DNA of 61,360 bases from Nemertoderma westbladi (GCA_032718475.1 JAUCBJ010008495.1:1-61360), one strand, 5' to 3'. Shown: positions 11,801 to 26,302, counted from the first letter of the stretch. Made by a program: numbers and translations. The notes: generated by a model from the sequence alone, not told the origin.

Positions 11801-14800
11801 ATGCTGCAGTCGATAAAATATCTTGAGGAATACAGCCAAGAAAATTCCTAATAATAAGCACTATCTCATCTTCATTTGTTCCTGATCTATGAGACTTTCG
11901 TAATTGGATGAGTCTCTGTGAAAGAGATGTTAGATAGTCAAGTAAAGAAAATATCGTCTGAGTACACATATGGTAATCATTTACACTATGTGCATTTTGA
12001 GTTTCACTATTGGTATTAGTCAGTACTGCAAGTGTTTCCCTCAAGATCTCATCTCGTCCATCACCTCCTTCTATTAAAACATACTGGATAAGAAGAGGAA
12101 GCAAATATAAAGCTACACCTGTATCATGTTTGATAATAGGACCACATGCGGAAAATACTTTCGATGGAAACTCAGCTTTAATATTGCTCATCAAATGTCC
12201 CACCCACGTGCTAACCCATTCTTTGTAGTTATTGACCTTTGGCGAGGAATAAATAGGCGATTGCAAAGCTGACCAATTAGAAGCAGTCACATTTTTGTAC
12301 CTGGTGTTCAATAATGGAGTGAATATCTCTCGGGTTTGCTGAGAAAGTCTAGTCCATATTGAGTTTCCTCCAGTTATAGATGGGAATGGTGAACATTCAT
12401 AAATTGGAAGCAGTTCTTGTATTGCATATGCTGAGCAGTCCTGCTGCTTAGTACCACTCGCAACCATAAAAGCGCGACTCAATTCACAAAATAACCCATA
12501 AGCAAATTCGTTATCCTCAACCTTCTCAAATGATTTAGGTGTAGATGTTGGGGATGATTTCGGTACATCGCCTTGCAAACGAACTGGATCAATAGCTCCC
12601 AACTCACCTAAGCATTCACCATATATATGTTTCATCTCAATATTACAATCCCGACATCCATTAACAAGAACTAACACCAACTTTGCAATGACTGGATGGA
12701 CAGTTTCATTTGGGCTTTCAATAAGCTGGTTTAATATCTTTTTATTCATCTGTAGTAACTGTTTAAGCTTCTGAAGTGAATGATAATTGACATCGGAGCT
12801 TTCATGGGAAATTCCATTAATAGCTCTTTCAAGGTATAACGTGAGATCCTCTGAATTCGCAGGAGTTTCCAAAAATTCCATCAAAGTTGAAGTAATATGA
12901 CCAAGTTCGGGAACTATTGGCAAGAAAAATAGTTCATTTAAAAAATCTTTAAATTTATCCCTTTGTTCAAGCACAAAATACGAATATATCTGGGCGACTT
13001 CACCCGGAAGTATATCTAGTAGTGGTAATAATATTGCAACAATCTGAGACAACATAGGCCCAAGGGAATCAACATCAACATGCCTAATGTAAGTATGCCA
13101 AGCTTCACAAACAAGTCGCAAAAACTCCAGATCTTTTATGTTAATTTGTAAGCATATCTTGAGACTTGTTGAAACTTTCACTCTTACAGCAGTTATATGG
13201 TCAGTACCTGTTAACCCAATTAAGGAAATTAAGCTTTTTAAAGTCAGTATTTTATCAGCCAGTGTTAATGTTGAACTCAGGAGTTGAGTATCAAAAAATG
13301 AAAACACACCGAGTAACCGTGGCTGGAGGTAGTCTACAAGTTGTTTCTTTGTTCGTACATCTGTCACAGCTGGATTCTTGGTATCCCGAACAGCTAATAT
13401 TCGAATACCATTAAAAACCTGAGTATAGTGAGAGCTGAGAAAAATTAACAACTCATTAATTAATTGCTGATGATTCCACCTCAAGAGAGTATCAAGCTCT
13501 TTGCCAGTATGCTTTTCAAGGAAAGCAAGTGGTTTCTGAATATCTGTGTTTGATGCACATACTAGGAAAACAAAGATGTGGCTCATGTTATCCAATATCA
13601 TTTGTGTATCTCCAATCTCTAATATCTTAGCAATTTCCCGGATAACAACACTTGAAGCATCGTCAGTTTTTATCACCAAATTTGGAATAATCTCTTTTAT
13701 TGTGGCATTGAGAAAGGATGTGATATCCGAATATCCAAATAGATTTGAGTATGTAAGAAGGATTTCATTGATGTTATGTGAACTTCCAAGAAACTGAAAT
13801 TCATGGATGGTATCTGATATTAATTGACTTATTTCCTTCTTAAAACGCATCAGAATATCATTAAGATTTGTATTATTTGCCTTAGCGTAATTATATAACT
13901 GTGTATGTGCGGTGTAGGCTATTTCTGTATTATCTGAAAGGACACAATGTAATAGATTCTGCATAAGCATAAGAAGAAGTTTACCTTCAGCAGATAGAGA
14001 CATGGAGCCAGCAGTGCGAATAGCTGTCTCCAGGTTAGAGGGAGACGAGTTACATGCATGATAGGTTTTGCAAAATTCTGAGATAATAATGTCATTATGA
14101 GAAGTTAAGGATACCAGATGATGTGAATACAATTCAAATTCTTTTCTCACTTTATAGTGTGGGCTATTCATCATTCCAATAACACAAATAATAAATGCAT
14201 CAGGTACCTGTATTGCATGCATATTGATTACCTTGAGAAATCTTACAAATTCAATTTGTGACTCAGATGTGTCATCTATTAAGGAAGATAAATATGAAAA
14301 TAGGTAAGTAATATCCAAATTTGGAGACTTTTGATCATCAGTTTTTCCACACGTGCAAGAAGAACACGTAAATATCGCTCGTAATTCATTTTTACATGTC
14401 ATATGGGTAACAGTTAGCTTGCCAGACAAAAGGCAGGGAATATGACTGAGAAATTTAAAGACAACCGGCTTACAATCCAAACTACATAGTGTAGAATGCA
14501 GGTCCTTTGTAATTAAATTCTTTATTACACTGGAACCATTTAAACCGGATATTGATTGGCCAAAACTTGATATGATGACATCAAATGCAGCACCAACTAC
14601 CCTTGAGTCTTTCACAGATAGACAACATATTGCACATTTAAAAATCCACTTACTATGTCGTTTTTTTGAGATAGCCATAAGTGCTTTTAAACATTTAATA
14701 TGAAGTTCAATGTCAATGTCTTGGATTTGATCAACATTACAAATGTAATTTAAGTAGGTAGATGCCTGGTTGCCAAACTGATGGTCTGAAGGTCTTTCAT

Positions 14801-16382
14801 ATTTAGGAAACAACTGTGATGTAAGAATAACAACAATGAAATCAGTAATTTTATCATGTATATCGGGTAGATTGATGGACCATAATATTGCAACATATAC
14901 TGCACTTTCATAAACGACAGACATTTGAGAGGAATACTGAAGCAACATGTGCCAGTACAAATCACATATTATATAAATGTCTTCTTTGGAGAGGAAATTT
15001 GAAGAAACTGGGACTACCAGTTCCTTTGGTGTGAAAATGTAGACTATTACTTCAATGAATTGGAGCAATAATGAATCGCAGCTTGAGTTTAACTTCTGAC
15101 AAGATAAATGTAATTTAGACTTTAATTCACTAACAGAATTAGATATATGTTCTTGAAAATATTCAAGTGTTCTTGCATTGTCTTTTGAGTTAGGGGTAAA
15201 TAATTGTTCAAGTAATACAATAAATGTTCTAGGGTGTTCGGTGTTGATAAAGCTCTTGACAGTCTCACAATAAAGATTAGGTGGCCACAAAGTAACCGGA
15301 TTTTTATCTATACAGCTTGTCATAATGGAACATAAAGCTTCTAGAATAACAGGAAGTTGACAATGTGAAAGTTTAGAAAAGAGAATATTATAATCAAAGC
15401 CATCAAGGAAATGCAAAATGTATTTGTGATTCAATGAAACGCTTTTGGTCAGAAACTCTCCTATTACAATATCCAAACTTTTCAATGCGCTTGAGCTGCA
15501 ACTTAAAATGAGTGTCGAATTGGAACAGACTAATTCTAGAAAATTCCCGATGCAACTTGAGGCGTGAGATTCAGCAATCTCATCCATGGTATAACCTTCA
15601 TCCACTAAACGATTAATACAAGCAAGAGACTTTGATTTAATATCAGGGATCCCCATCTCAAACGAATACAACAAAATATTCCACATATCTGTCAAATGCT
15701 CCGAACACAAACAAGCAAAATTATCCATATTAATTTCAATCACGGGGAATAAAGAGCGCAGAAGCAAAAAGCTCTGGTCTAAGCTCACAATTGAAATTAT
15801 TGTGTTTGGACACGCCAACTGAACTTCCATTTCCTCAGTAACGCAAAACTGACTGATATAAAATTGATTAAATTGCAGCTGGTCCCCTGATGATATGCCA
15901 AACCCTGATATCACACATTCAACAATAATTTTATAAATATCAATTAAAAATCTGGAATAATAATTCACATTCTTTGATTGCAGTAGATAAATAATACTCA
16001 ACATTGTCTCCTTGCATTTCTCATGAAGAATCCAACATCGATTATCAACCAAAATAGTTAGAAGTCGGTACATAATCCATTTGAGGAAGCCTATTTGTTC
16101 ACTATGAGGACCGGTTTGTGGATCGGAACGATTATCATCAAAACTACTGAGAAATATTGATGGATATTTGCTGATTAGAAATATTGTAAATTTAAAAGGA
16201 AATAGGTACCGCTGTGCAGCTGCATCACTTTCGGATAATTTACATGCGACTTTATCTAAATCTTGCAGTAAATTTACATAATACGATGAAAGCAAATAGC
16301 GTATCTGCAAACATTTTTCTTCTATGACATCTTTGGAATCAGTATCCCAATTAACATTTTTCATAGCTTTCTGGAGATCCAT
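8841..16382 (-). CDS. ATR: Serine/threonine-protein kinase ATR (PIKK family)
   Basis: 2513-aa single ORF with HEAT/UME region, ECLGELGAIDP, FAT domain (CQAYTRSLMHYE, LYVKLDEPDGVIG), kinase (CKPKDDLRKDSRLM, LGLGDRHGENVLFD, HVDFNCLFNKG, EKVPFRLTHNM) and FATC (LSQMYIGWAPYL). Confidence 0.97.
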   Translation of the reverse strand: MDLQKAMKNVNWDTDSKDVIEEKCLQIRYLLSSYYVNLLQDLDKVACKLSESDAAAQRYLFPFKFTIFLISKYPSIFLSSFDDNRSDPQTGPHSEQIGFLKWIMYRLLTILVDNRCWILHEKCKETMLSIIYLLQSKNVNYYSRFLIDIYKIIVECVISGFGISSGDQLQFNQFYISQFCVTEEMEVQLACPNTIISIVSLDQSFLLLRSLFPVIEINMDNFACLCSEHLTDMWNILLYSFEMGIPDIKSKSLACINRLVDEGYTMDEIAESHASSCIGNFLELVCSNSTLILSCSSSALKSLDIVIGEFLTKSVSLNHKYILHFLDGFDYNILFSKLSHCQLPVILEALCSIMTSCIDKNPVTLWPPNLYCETVKSFINTEHPRTFIVLLEQLFTPNSKDNARTLEYFQEHISNSVSELKSKLHLSCQKLNSSCDSLLLQFIEVIVYIFTPKELVVPVSSNFLSKEDIYIICDLYWHMLLQYSSQMSVVYESAVYVAILWSINLPDIHDKITDFIVVILTSQLFPKYERPSDHQFGNQASTYLNYICNVDQIQDIDIELHIKCLKALMAISKKRHSKWIFKCAICCLSVKDSRVVGAAFDVIISSFGQSISGLNGSSVIKNLITKDLHSTLCSLDCKPVVFKFLSHIPCLLSGKLTVTHMTCKNELRAIFTCSSCTCGKTDDQKSPNLDITYLFSYLSSLIDDTSESQIEFVRFLKVINMHAIQVPDAFIICVIGMMNSPHYKVRKEFELYSHHLVSLTSHNDIIISEFCKTYHACNSSPSNLETAIRTAGSMSLSAEGKLLLMLMQNLLHCVLSDNTEIAYTAHTQLYNYAKANNTNLNDILMRFKKEISQLISDTIHEFQFLGSSHNINEILLTYSNLFGYSDITSFLNATIKEIIPNLVIKTDDASSVVIREIAKILEIGDTQMILDNMSHIFVFLVCASNTDIQKPLAFLEKHTGKELDTLLRWNHQQLINELLIFLSSHYTQVFNGIRILAVRDTKNPAVTDVRTKKQLVDYLQPRLLGVFSFFDTQLLSSTLTLADKILTLKSLISLIGLTGTDHITAVRVKVSTSLKICLQINIKDLEFLRLVCEAWHTYIRHVDVDSLGPMLSQIVAILLPLLDILPGEVAQIYSYFVLEQRDKFKDFLNELFFLPIVPELGHITSTLMEFLETPANSEDLTLYLERAINGISHESSDVNYHSLQKLKQLLQMNKKILNQLIESPNETVHPVIAKLVLVLVNGCRDCNIEMKHIYGECLGELGAIDPVRLQGDVPKSSPTSTPKSFEKVEDNEFAYGLFCELSRAFMVASGTKQQDCSAYAIQELLPIYECSPFPSITGGNSIWTRLSQQTREIFTPLLNTRYKNVTASNWSALQSPIYSSPKVNNYKEWVSTWVGHLMSNIKAEFPSKVFSACGPIIKHDTGVALYLLPLLIQYVLIEGGDGRDEILRETLAVLTNTNSETQNAHSVNDYHMCTQTIFSLLDYLTSLSQRLIQLRKSHRSGTNEDEIVLIIRNFLGCIPQDILSTAAYDCQAYTRSLMHYELHIRGCHNSDSLDLGFIQKLYVKLDEPDGVIGVSACRTGEPSLGNKILDYDSKGQLCDSSICYERSIQMEPDNIEHHKGLLSSLLWLCQMTQAMTYVSGLIEKHPDWTQELNCFGIEASWKLSSWNDLETYLQRDVTSPPTFSTSIGRIISHAMNNKEADYLQELKIARKQQIGLLSAASMEVCSYQRAYENIVQLHMLSELETGLGAISKGSINSVVEDWKNRLGNMQDSFRYVEPVLNLRRVILSLSQTPYTNTVIGSLWLKSAKKARKADHISTAFSSLLHGSDHDIPDFCLERAKWMFAKGEKHQALMTLQKDISEQFQNVTSDNAIERTHAKAVLFLGSLMEDTARYDSNAIMKKYKEVTEICPLWEDGFFATAKFSDRVISAVSSDRVDKMDANSVLHCVKFYGASLQYGSQYIYQSMPRLLHLWLEFGARDAARKDRAAIERDVVVLTAMNKEVADLFNKLPMYQFFTSYSQLISRICHSNREIIRNLLDILSRLVVAFPQQALWLSIAVSKSTYPIRSSRCQEMFNLAIRKDPGLQKALTHTTHLVDKLLEICNKPVDSHSSLTVSGNFKTLAKMFNSPSFSKILVPLQSMLSVTLPGKHVSHINHQPFPNRYICIAGFEEEIEVLNSLQKPKKITIRGTDGQNYTMMCKPKDDLRKDSRLMDFNDIVNKFLRKGVETRRRWLHIRTYAVVPLNEECGLLEWVTNTSSLRHILTKLYREKSQGIPVKELKLLMARKEHSEQDKLTIFTDRMLPRYKPIFWEWFLRTFPDPTVWYSARLSYARTLAVMSMVGYILGLGDRHGENVLFDSKTGDTVHVDFNCLFNKGETFEWPEKVPFRLTHNMVDALGPTGIEGVFRSCCEGTMKVLRDQREPLMCILKPFIYDPLVEWSRSKIRTDPPDSGEITNEKALTHVSDIDLRLQGILKINKKSRGLPLSVEGYVDHLIQEATSLTNLSQMYIGWAPYL

Positions 16383-18054
16383 TATAAATGTATTACCGTA
16401 TAGTCACTAGTCAGATAGTTGTTAAATAACATAATAGCATTGCAAAATAACAACATCAGTACCGGTACGCTACGCAGGTGAGCCATTAAAGGCTATTAAA
16501 TTTGATCTTATAAATAAAATTACATTGAGCCAATGTGAAGTTAACTACATGACAAGATACTGCCTACCATACAACTGAAATTCAAGCAGTTGGCGTGGCC
16601 TAACGAAATTTCACTGGAAAATTAAACATAAAAAACAAACTAAAGGTCAATTGCATAAATGTGTATGAAATGGCCCGTGCAGCCGTGTGTGAGTAATTAA
16701 AAAAGCAGTAATTTCAGAATGTAGCTTAGGCAATAGTTAAATTATTGAGTAGCACTAGATGGAATACAAATTACATTTTAAATGAATATTTATTACCGGA
16801 ACGCGGTACCATTTCGCTCTATACCGGTAATCCAACCAGGTACCTATAATGCTGTAATGATAAACATAAATTAAATTATTCCAATCTACTACACTACTAC
16901 AGCCTACTCAGATACTCCGGTTCTACAAACCATGTCTGATCAAATTCAAAGATCGAATGGAAATTACAGCACACATAACTGGTATGGTAGATTTACAGAA
17001 CTTTCACAGAGTAAAATTACCCAAATTGGGCGATATCCCAATCGGTTTGCATACTGGCACTGGCATACCAGTAGTTTTGCTGACTCTACAGTAATAAAGA
17101 AGGCTTTTGAATAATTAATACTGTAATACCTGAATACAGTAACAGCTGAACAGTAATACAGTAATATCTGAATATGCCTTTTATAGTCTTCCGGCAGTAC
17201 AAACACTGCTGTAACAGTGTAACTTGCTGACTTGCGATCACTTATAATTTAAATGTTCTTTTTTTGTTGGTCAGACACAAGCTAAAATTAAAAGTGTCAT
17301 GTACTGCGTACTGGTCTGCTGGTAGGCTAACCCTAACAGCTAAATTTATTAGATTAGGACTTGTGACAAACTACGTTATTAGATTATGGCTACAGGCAGA
17401 CAGGATGACAGGCTACCCAGCTAACGGTAGTAAACATATCTGCATATAGTCAGACAGTACAGCGGAAATTACCGGCAGACCGGTATTCAAGTATTGATAT
17501 ACAGATATACTGATATAGGGCCTACAGCCTAGGCATAATACAGTAATAAAAAAAATTTTATTACACACTCAGTAAAATAATGATAAAATGATGGTGGGAG
17601 AAACAATCAACAGATCAAGGCTGCAAGGCAAAGCCTTGATCTGACATCTCTATACCTGTATACTGGTATACTATAGCAGTATAGGCCTAACAGTATAAAG
17701 CACTTATCCTGCTGTCCTGATGGCCAAAAGCATAATACTGTAATAGCCTAATGTAATATGGAAGTTTGGTGATGACGTTGTATTGTAATTAACGGGTGCG
17801 GGTGCGGGCTGCGGGTCAATTCGGGAATTACTATTAGTACGTTTGAATGACACTAGTCAAACAAGCCTGAAATCAGATAATTATAGAATTAATGGGACTG
17901 GCTGATTAGTATAGCAGTATTGTGCGCCACCTTGAGGATTGTGCGGGTATTATTATTATAATGTAATCTACTGGACATTACAAGCTAATAACGCTGCTCC
18001 TCAGCGTTTAAAAAAAACTTACAAATATTTGCTAAGGATTTTGTATGGCAGTAT

Positions 18055-18520
18055 GGATTCAATGGTTTGTTGAAATTCAAAGAGGCATTTTGCGTTTAGA
18101 AAAACATATAAATACTTACATGGATTTTGTATAGATTTGATAGGCCTAGTTTGTTTAAATTCAAAAAGACACATTTTGCGTTTAGAAAAACATATAAATA
18201 CTTGCAATGGATTTTGTATAGATTTGATAGTTTGTTTGAATTCAATGTCATATTTTGGGTTTAGAAAAACATATAAATACTTGCAATGCATTTTGTATAG
18301 ATTTGATAGTTTGTTTAAATTCAAAAAGACACATTTTGCTTTTAAAAAAACATATAAATACTTGCAATGGCTTTTGTATAGATTTGATGGTTTGTTTAAA
18401 TTCAAAAAGTCACATTTTGCGTTTAGAAAAACATATAAAGACTTGCAATGCATTTTGTAAGTATTTAAAAGTTTGTTCATCAGGTTTCTTTGTAGTAAAA
18501 CATATAAATACTTGCAAAAT
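18055..18520. repeat. ~80-bp tandem satellite, about 5.5 copies
   Basis: The unit tttgtatagatttgatagtttgtttaaattcaaaaagacacattttgcgtttagaaaaacatataaatacttgcaatg recurs. The overlapping 107-153-aa ORFs are artefacts of it. Confidence 0.9.
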
Positions 18521-18928
18521 ACAGTACTGCACTGTACTACCGTATTTTGAAAATGTTATGTTGTACAAAGTAATGTACTGTACAGTTAGGTGTTTGGTTC
18601 AAGCAGTAGAGTGTATATTTCTGTCAGCCTCACCTCTCAGCCTCCAGGTGGGGGGGGGGGGGGGGGGTTTATTAATTATTATTATTTGCTTTATCTGATT
18701 TGGATTATGTGCTAATTTATTACATTTAAACAATAATTTTACGTTTTTATATTTAATACTGTAAAACATCAATGTTTGCTTGTACGCGCTCAATAATTAC
18801 GATATTTTCCAACTCAAGTATTTCATTACTACAATAAAAATAAAATGTAAACGCGCAGAATCCATTAAATTACGTCATAAAAAAAACTATACATATATAT
18901 ACACTATACATATATATATAATAGCATA

Positions 18929-19769
18929 GGATAGATCTTTTTACAGAACACAAGCGAACACAGTAGAACACACCCGAACACACTCCAAAAACTGCCGAAC
19001 ACAATCGAACACAGTCGAAAATAGAAAGAGCACAAAAAATAACACTGGGTACCAACTTTTTGATAAAATTAGCCACGCGTTGTTTTTCTATAAGAAAATT
19101 CCCGAAATTATTGAATAAAATTGTCCGAAATTAAATATTCATTTCTTATCAGATCAGGCCTAGCCTAAGCCGACAACTAATAATTTAACATAGTAGTAGG
19201 CCTAAGTTAAAGTGTGGTTACCACCGGGACAGAGATCCCTACCGGTACCTGCCAGGGTAGGTACCTAACCGGGACCCAGCTCTTTATATTCCAGCAGTCC
19301 AGTACAGCAGTAGCAGTAGGCAGGTAGGTACCGGTACCGGTGCCTATGTTGGTACCGACGTGTTGTACCGTACGTCATGTACAGTACGTACGGTAACGGG
19401 ATATCTTCCTAATTCATATCCTCATCAATCAGTCCCAGACGAAGCTATTCCAGTACACAGGCAAACAGGCCTATTAGCTAACCCAATATGACTAGTATAT
19501 ATATATATAGTTTGTTATACAGTACAGCAGTACACAACAAATGATAGGCCTACCTTAGAAGAAATTAATATTTAATTTCGCGACAATTTTATTCAATAAT
19601 TTCGGGAATTTTCTTATAGAAAAGCAACGCGTGGCTAATTTTATCTAAAAATTTGTACCCGGTGTTATTTTGTTGTGCTCTTTCTATTTTCGACTGTGTT
19701 CGATTGTGTTCGGCAGTTTTTGGAGTGTGTTCGGGTGTGTTCGCTTGTGTTCGGTAAAAAGAACTATCC
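18929..19769. mobile_element. Non-autonomous Mutator(MULE)-like element with ~220-bp TIRs
   Basis: Termini GGATAG...CTATCC. Arms 18929-~19147 and ~19558-19769 are reverse complements. The 9-bp flanks aatagcata (18920-18928) and tatagcata (19770-19778) match at 8/9 positions. Confidence 0.7.
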
Positions 19770-20026
19770 TATAGCATAAAGACAATTAAATTGTTATAGA
19801 AAAAAAAATCGTGTATATTTTGAAAAACACATAAATATTAAATTTAGAAATGGTGATCACATCAAGTTGTTCAAGAAAAAATCATGGATTTTTCGAAAAA
19901 GAAAACATAAAAATTCAAATTTAGAAGTGTTGATAAGGTTAATATTATTTGAAGAATTTCATAAAACTATAGGAGAACATTCAAAGGATTTCAAGATTTA
20001 AATATATTCATTAAATAAAATATCGA

Positions 20027-20187
20027 GGGGCAATTGTGCGGGGGGGGGAAATATTTCCGGGGGGCAATAGTCCGGGGGGCAACTGTCCTCGGGTGGCAAT
20101 TGTCATCGAGGGGCAATTTTGCAGGAGGCAATTGTCCGTGGGGCAATTGTCTTAGGGGCAATTGTCCGGGGGCAATTGTCCTAGTTC
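20027..20187. repeat. GC-rich ~20-bp ggggcaattgtcc array, probably the end of a non-autonomous DNA element
   Basis: About eight variants of ggggcaattgtcc, ending in ggcaattgtcctagttc. Confidence 0.6.
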
Positions 20188-21139
20188 TCCCAAGAAGTTA
20201 CTTAACTTTATGACTCGTCCCAGTCGTGTTTACTAATTTAATCCAATCAAATCGTTGGCTGTTTGGAACCACAGAAAAATATACAAATAGTTTACAAAAC
20301 ATACAAAATTTCCTAAATTACAGTATATGCTTACACTGACAAAGCACAGATCTCTATTAAACATTTTAGCCAATCAAATTAGATGTGTGGCACCACAGTT
20401 AAATATAAACTATTTAAGGGTTGCTTGCAAAATCTACTAAGTAAACGTGGAAAATATACAAAATTTTAAAAATAACACATCAGCAACATATATCAAACAT
20501 ACATATAAACGCCAGGCACGTTTTTATGTTTATTTCTAAGCATTTGATAAATGATTGATAAGCATTTGTGTGTTTCTCCATGTTCTGTGACACGGGAAGC
20601 CAGCCAGCTGTCGGACTGACTGACCCTGTCTCGCCTGTGTCTGTCTGTACGATTAACTTTTTGGTGGAAACTTTTGAATTTGAATATTGGTACAGACAGT
20701 CAGATACGCAGGTCAGATCACCCCAATTGGCAGATCAGATTCGTAAAGACCTGACACATACTATTTTCCATACATTTTGTTTACACAGTACGGTACAGCT
20801 GTAACCTGACTGCCTGATAGTATAGTAGCAGGTGAGGTACCATACTGTAGGGCCTAACGCACACAGGAACTAATGAGGGCCAAAGCTACAGAGAATAGCC
20901 ATAAGACTATAGAACGAACCTGGGATGGTAGCCATGAAATAAATTGTAATTCAGCCAACCACAGAACAGTATGAAGCAATATACTGTACAGTATGTAGCC
21001 TAGCGCAGAAATTAGCGGTTATACGACATCAACTGCAGAGCTGCACATTCAGACAATCTGACAGTGCAACAAACAGTGAGGACAGACAGATCTGGGGTGT
21101 CTTTAAAGAGCGGACAGTTTACAGTGGCACAACCTAAAC

Positions 21140-21386
21140 GGAGCCGCCTCCGCTTTGCAGGACATTGCTCTCGTCGTGAGGATCAGCCAGTGCATAATCT
21201 TGTTCTTTGTCGGCCTCATGGAGAGAATAAGCATGGTAGACAGCCCATGACTTTCTTGAGCTGCATCTTAAAGGACATTGGCCTTGAAGATGCGGATGAT
21301 CTAGCAAATGTCATGGGTGATAGGGAGTTGTGGCGGCTCAATTTTGTCGACAAGCCGGCACAGCATTCTTAATTTTATATTATGTA
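21140..21386 (+). mobile_element. 3' fragment of an RTE-clade LINE
   Basis: Translates as SRLRFAGHCSRRED..LVL..PHG..KHGRQP...DRELWR, typical of the RTE ORF C-terminus. Same family as the minus-strand copy at ~56980-57345. Confidence 0.8.
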
Positions 21387-23291
21387 ATATATATAAACGC
21401 AGCTGCAATGCAGCATGCCGATCGTAGTAGCAGTACACTGGCGGTGTTTTCTAACCAAAACAATAAATGAGACTTTATTTCCCTTGCGGTAAATTTGCGC
21501 TGAAAATCACAACTTTCACTTGCAGTCAATTGTCGCCACTATCTGAGAAAAACAATAAATTAATTTATATTTCTCAACGTTTTCAATAGTATATTTTCCC
21601 ATTATTTATAATTACGTTAAAATATACTGAATTGACAAATTATAGCAGATATGTAACCGAGACTAAACTAAACGTGATAAGAAGTTATTATTTAGTGATA
21701 TATTGCCCTAATTATTACAATACACATTCAAAATGATTACGTGTTTAATGAATACCAATTTGTTGATGATTATTTAAATGATTATATATACTTAATTATT
21801 AATTAAAAATTTTTCAGTAATTTATATTAGGTTTATTTATTAAAAAGTAATAAAATATGATGCATTACTGTAATTCCTCTTCCCGTCAATTTGTATCTTT
21901 AAAATAATAACACATCGTTTATCCCGTGAACCCCTAGAACCAATTGTACACAATGGAATTACAATAATAAACTGTATGTATGAAGAATTATAAAATACAT
22001 CAACCACATCAATAATTCCTTAAAAAATTCGTAAATTAAATAAAATAACACATCTGTTTTGCATCTTATAGATATACTTGCAACATAATATTGATGACAT
22101 TATTAATACAATTATTGATGACATAGATAGATAAAATAGGATTAAAAAAATATAAATTTCAATCTAATCAATAAGAAACCTTGCTTTAGAGTTTTACGGA
22201 TGTAGTTTAGCTAGTCAGCCCTGCAACGAACACAACTCCTTCCTAATTATAATCCGCATTGTTCTAAATCAAGTTACGTCAGTATAATGCATATATATGT
22301 TTAACGTCTATATGCAATTCTAACTAAATGTAGGCAATTTTTTTAAATTAAGATTTGGTGTAATTTAGAAATGCACGACGGTCACTACGATAGCTGATTA
22401 AACTTCCCACAGAATTTAGGAAATTGTAAGTAAATGGGCTACGACAAGCTGTTAATATTACACAATTACCTTGCCAAGACACAGTATAAACAAAACATGA
22501 TGCCCCATAGTGTGAGAGTCACGCAAATAACATTATATTGGACCATCGGTAGAACTAAACTTAATAATTATTTTATACTTTACGATTGTGACAAGAGATG
22601 TCAATGTGGGAAAAAGAGTGGACGTAATTATAATCATAGAAAAATAGTAAATAAATATATCATTTATTTTGGGAAAGCAGTTTTAATAAATTTACACGTT
22701 TTTCGCCAATTATTCTAATTGATTAAGTAGCCCTACCGTGTAGAATGTAACGTGCCACTATATTATTTAAAGCTATTACACGACAGTTTACATGAAGCCG
22801 TTTTACTTTCTGCCACTCAGATGGCGCAGAGCCGGAACTGGGCTGCCACTGTTACTTGTAGTGCCGATAATGTAATACCTGTAGAGTAGCCGGTACCTAA
22901 TGTCGCAGTACCTGTAAATGGTATCTACTGAGTAGGTACTACGGTACCAGTACCGAACTATTGAATATTCAATGTCCCCGATATTAAATTACGAATACCT
23001 TGGGTATAAAGCGCCGATACGGTGCCCACATAACTACTGCACGATGATGCGAGTTGGAACGTTTACGCCAAATACCAAAATTTTTAAATTAAAGCTTTCA
23101 TTTCCGGATTTAAATTTTTATAAAGTTCATTACGTAACATGATAATCGATGATTTAAAAACTCAATAATTGAACATACAGCCAGACAAATAATACACCAC
23201 ACCATGACCATTACTTACTATCAGCAATGACGCAGAATATAACTCAGCATGCACAACTACACTCATTTAGAAACGACCCCCTGGGATACCC

Positions 23292-25226
<1,935 letters not shown>

Positions 25227-26049
25227 CTATACCTTGAATTAGTACGGTAATTCTGTAATTAGCTGATTGATTAGAGAATGTCAGTCCAGCTCCAGCAGTC
25301 TCAGTCTGTCAGTGCAGCTGTGTCAGTACTCTGGTACTGCAGTACACAGTAGCACTGTCTGATTGTAGCCTAGCAGTCCTACCTACTGTATATATTTATT
25401 TCTTGGCTTTATTAATCGAATACGTAGGTAGCGGCGCTATTCGGTACCGGTATTGCTGAGTATATTATTATATTACAGTGTATTACTTTACTGTATTATA
25501 TTATTACCTACAGCATTATTACCTAGTACATCAGTACATATTTCAGTATTTTATTCCAAAATTGTAACATATTACTCAACGCCGTTAGTCTGTTAGTATT
25601 AACAGCGAGTTGTTATTTAGCACTATACAACTTTTGAGGACATTACAGCATTGTATTGGCCTTTACATTTAGTATTGTATTTGGTGTTATCCGTTAAGTA
25701 ATGTCCCCTTTAGTGGACATTACTTAACGCCGTCATTGGTTACCACGTTAGCAATAGGTGGAAATTTGCCCGACAGCCAGATAGGCCTACTGTACCGGTA
25801 GGCGGGGTATAGCTATTAATAACCAGTAGGGCCTAGCTAAATTATTATAACATGACTCCAAACGCCAAAATAAATACAAGCTAACATATTTACAGTATAA
25901 TATAATTTATGTCATTTTTACATTTATTTATACAACACAGCAACTAATTTAATTTGTGCAGTTTCTATCACTTATAATATATCACTTCGTACATACACAT
26001 TCGTAGTACATACAATCATTTCGTAATGTTAAAATTTTTGAATAAAACT

Positions 26050-26183
26050 TTGTTGCGAAGTACTTTACAGTGTTCTGATCCTCGTGGCTTTATTTTCACT
26101 CACTCACTAACGTTCGTTCGTGTAACAAAGCCACTCGGATCATCACACTGTTACAAGTGTCACAAGTGTTACTTTACACACAA
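26050..26183. mobile_element. Short palindromic non-autonomous element
   Basis: cagtgttctgatcctcgtggcttt ... aaagccactcggatcatcacactg flank a cactcactcactaacgttcgttcgtg core. A related tttcactcgcattcgctc core occurs at ~8390. Confidence 0.45.
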
Positions 26184-26302
26184 TTACGTAAATAGTTATT
26201 ACGGATTTAGGAATATCCAACGCCCCTTTCTGGTTACTTACTTCCTTAGCAGCTTGTAAATAGCTGTTAAATAGTTATACAGTAGTTAAATCGATGTGGG
26301 TG

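Noticed and set aside
18019-18698. 107-153-aa ORFs
   Set aside because: They are translations of the 80-bp satellite on both strands.
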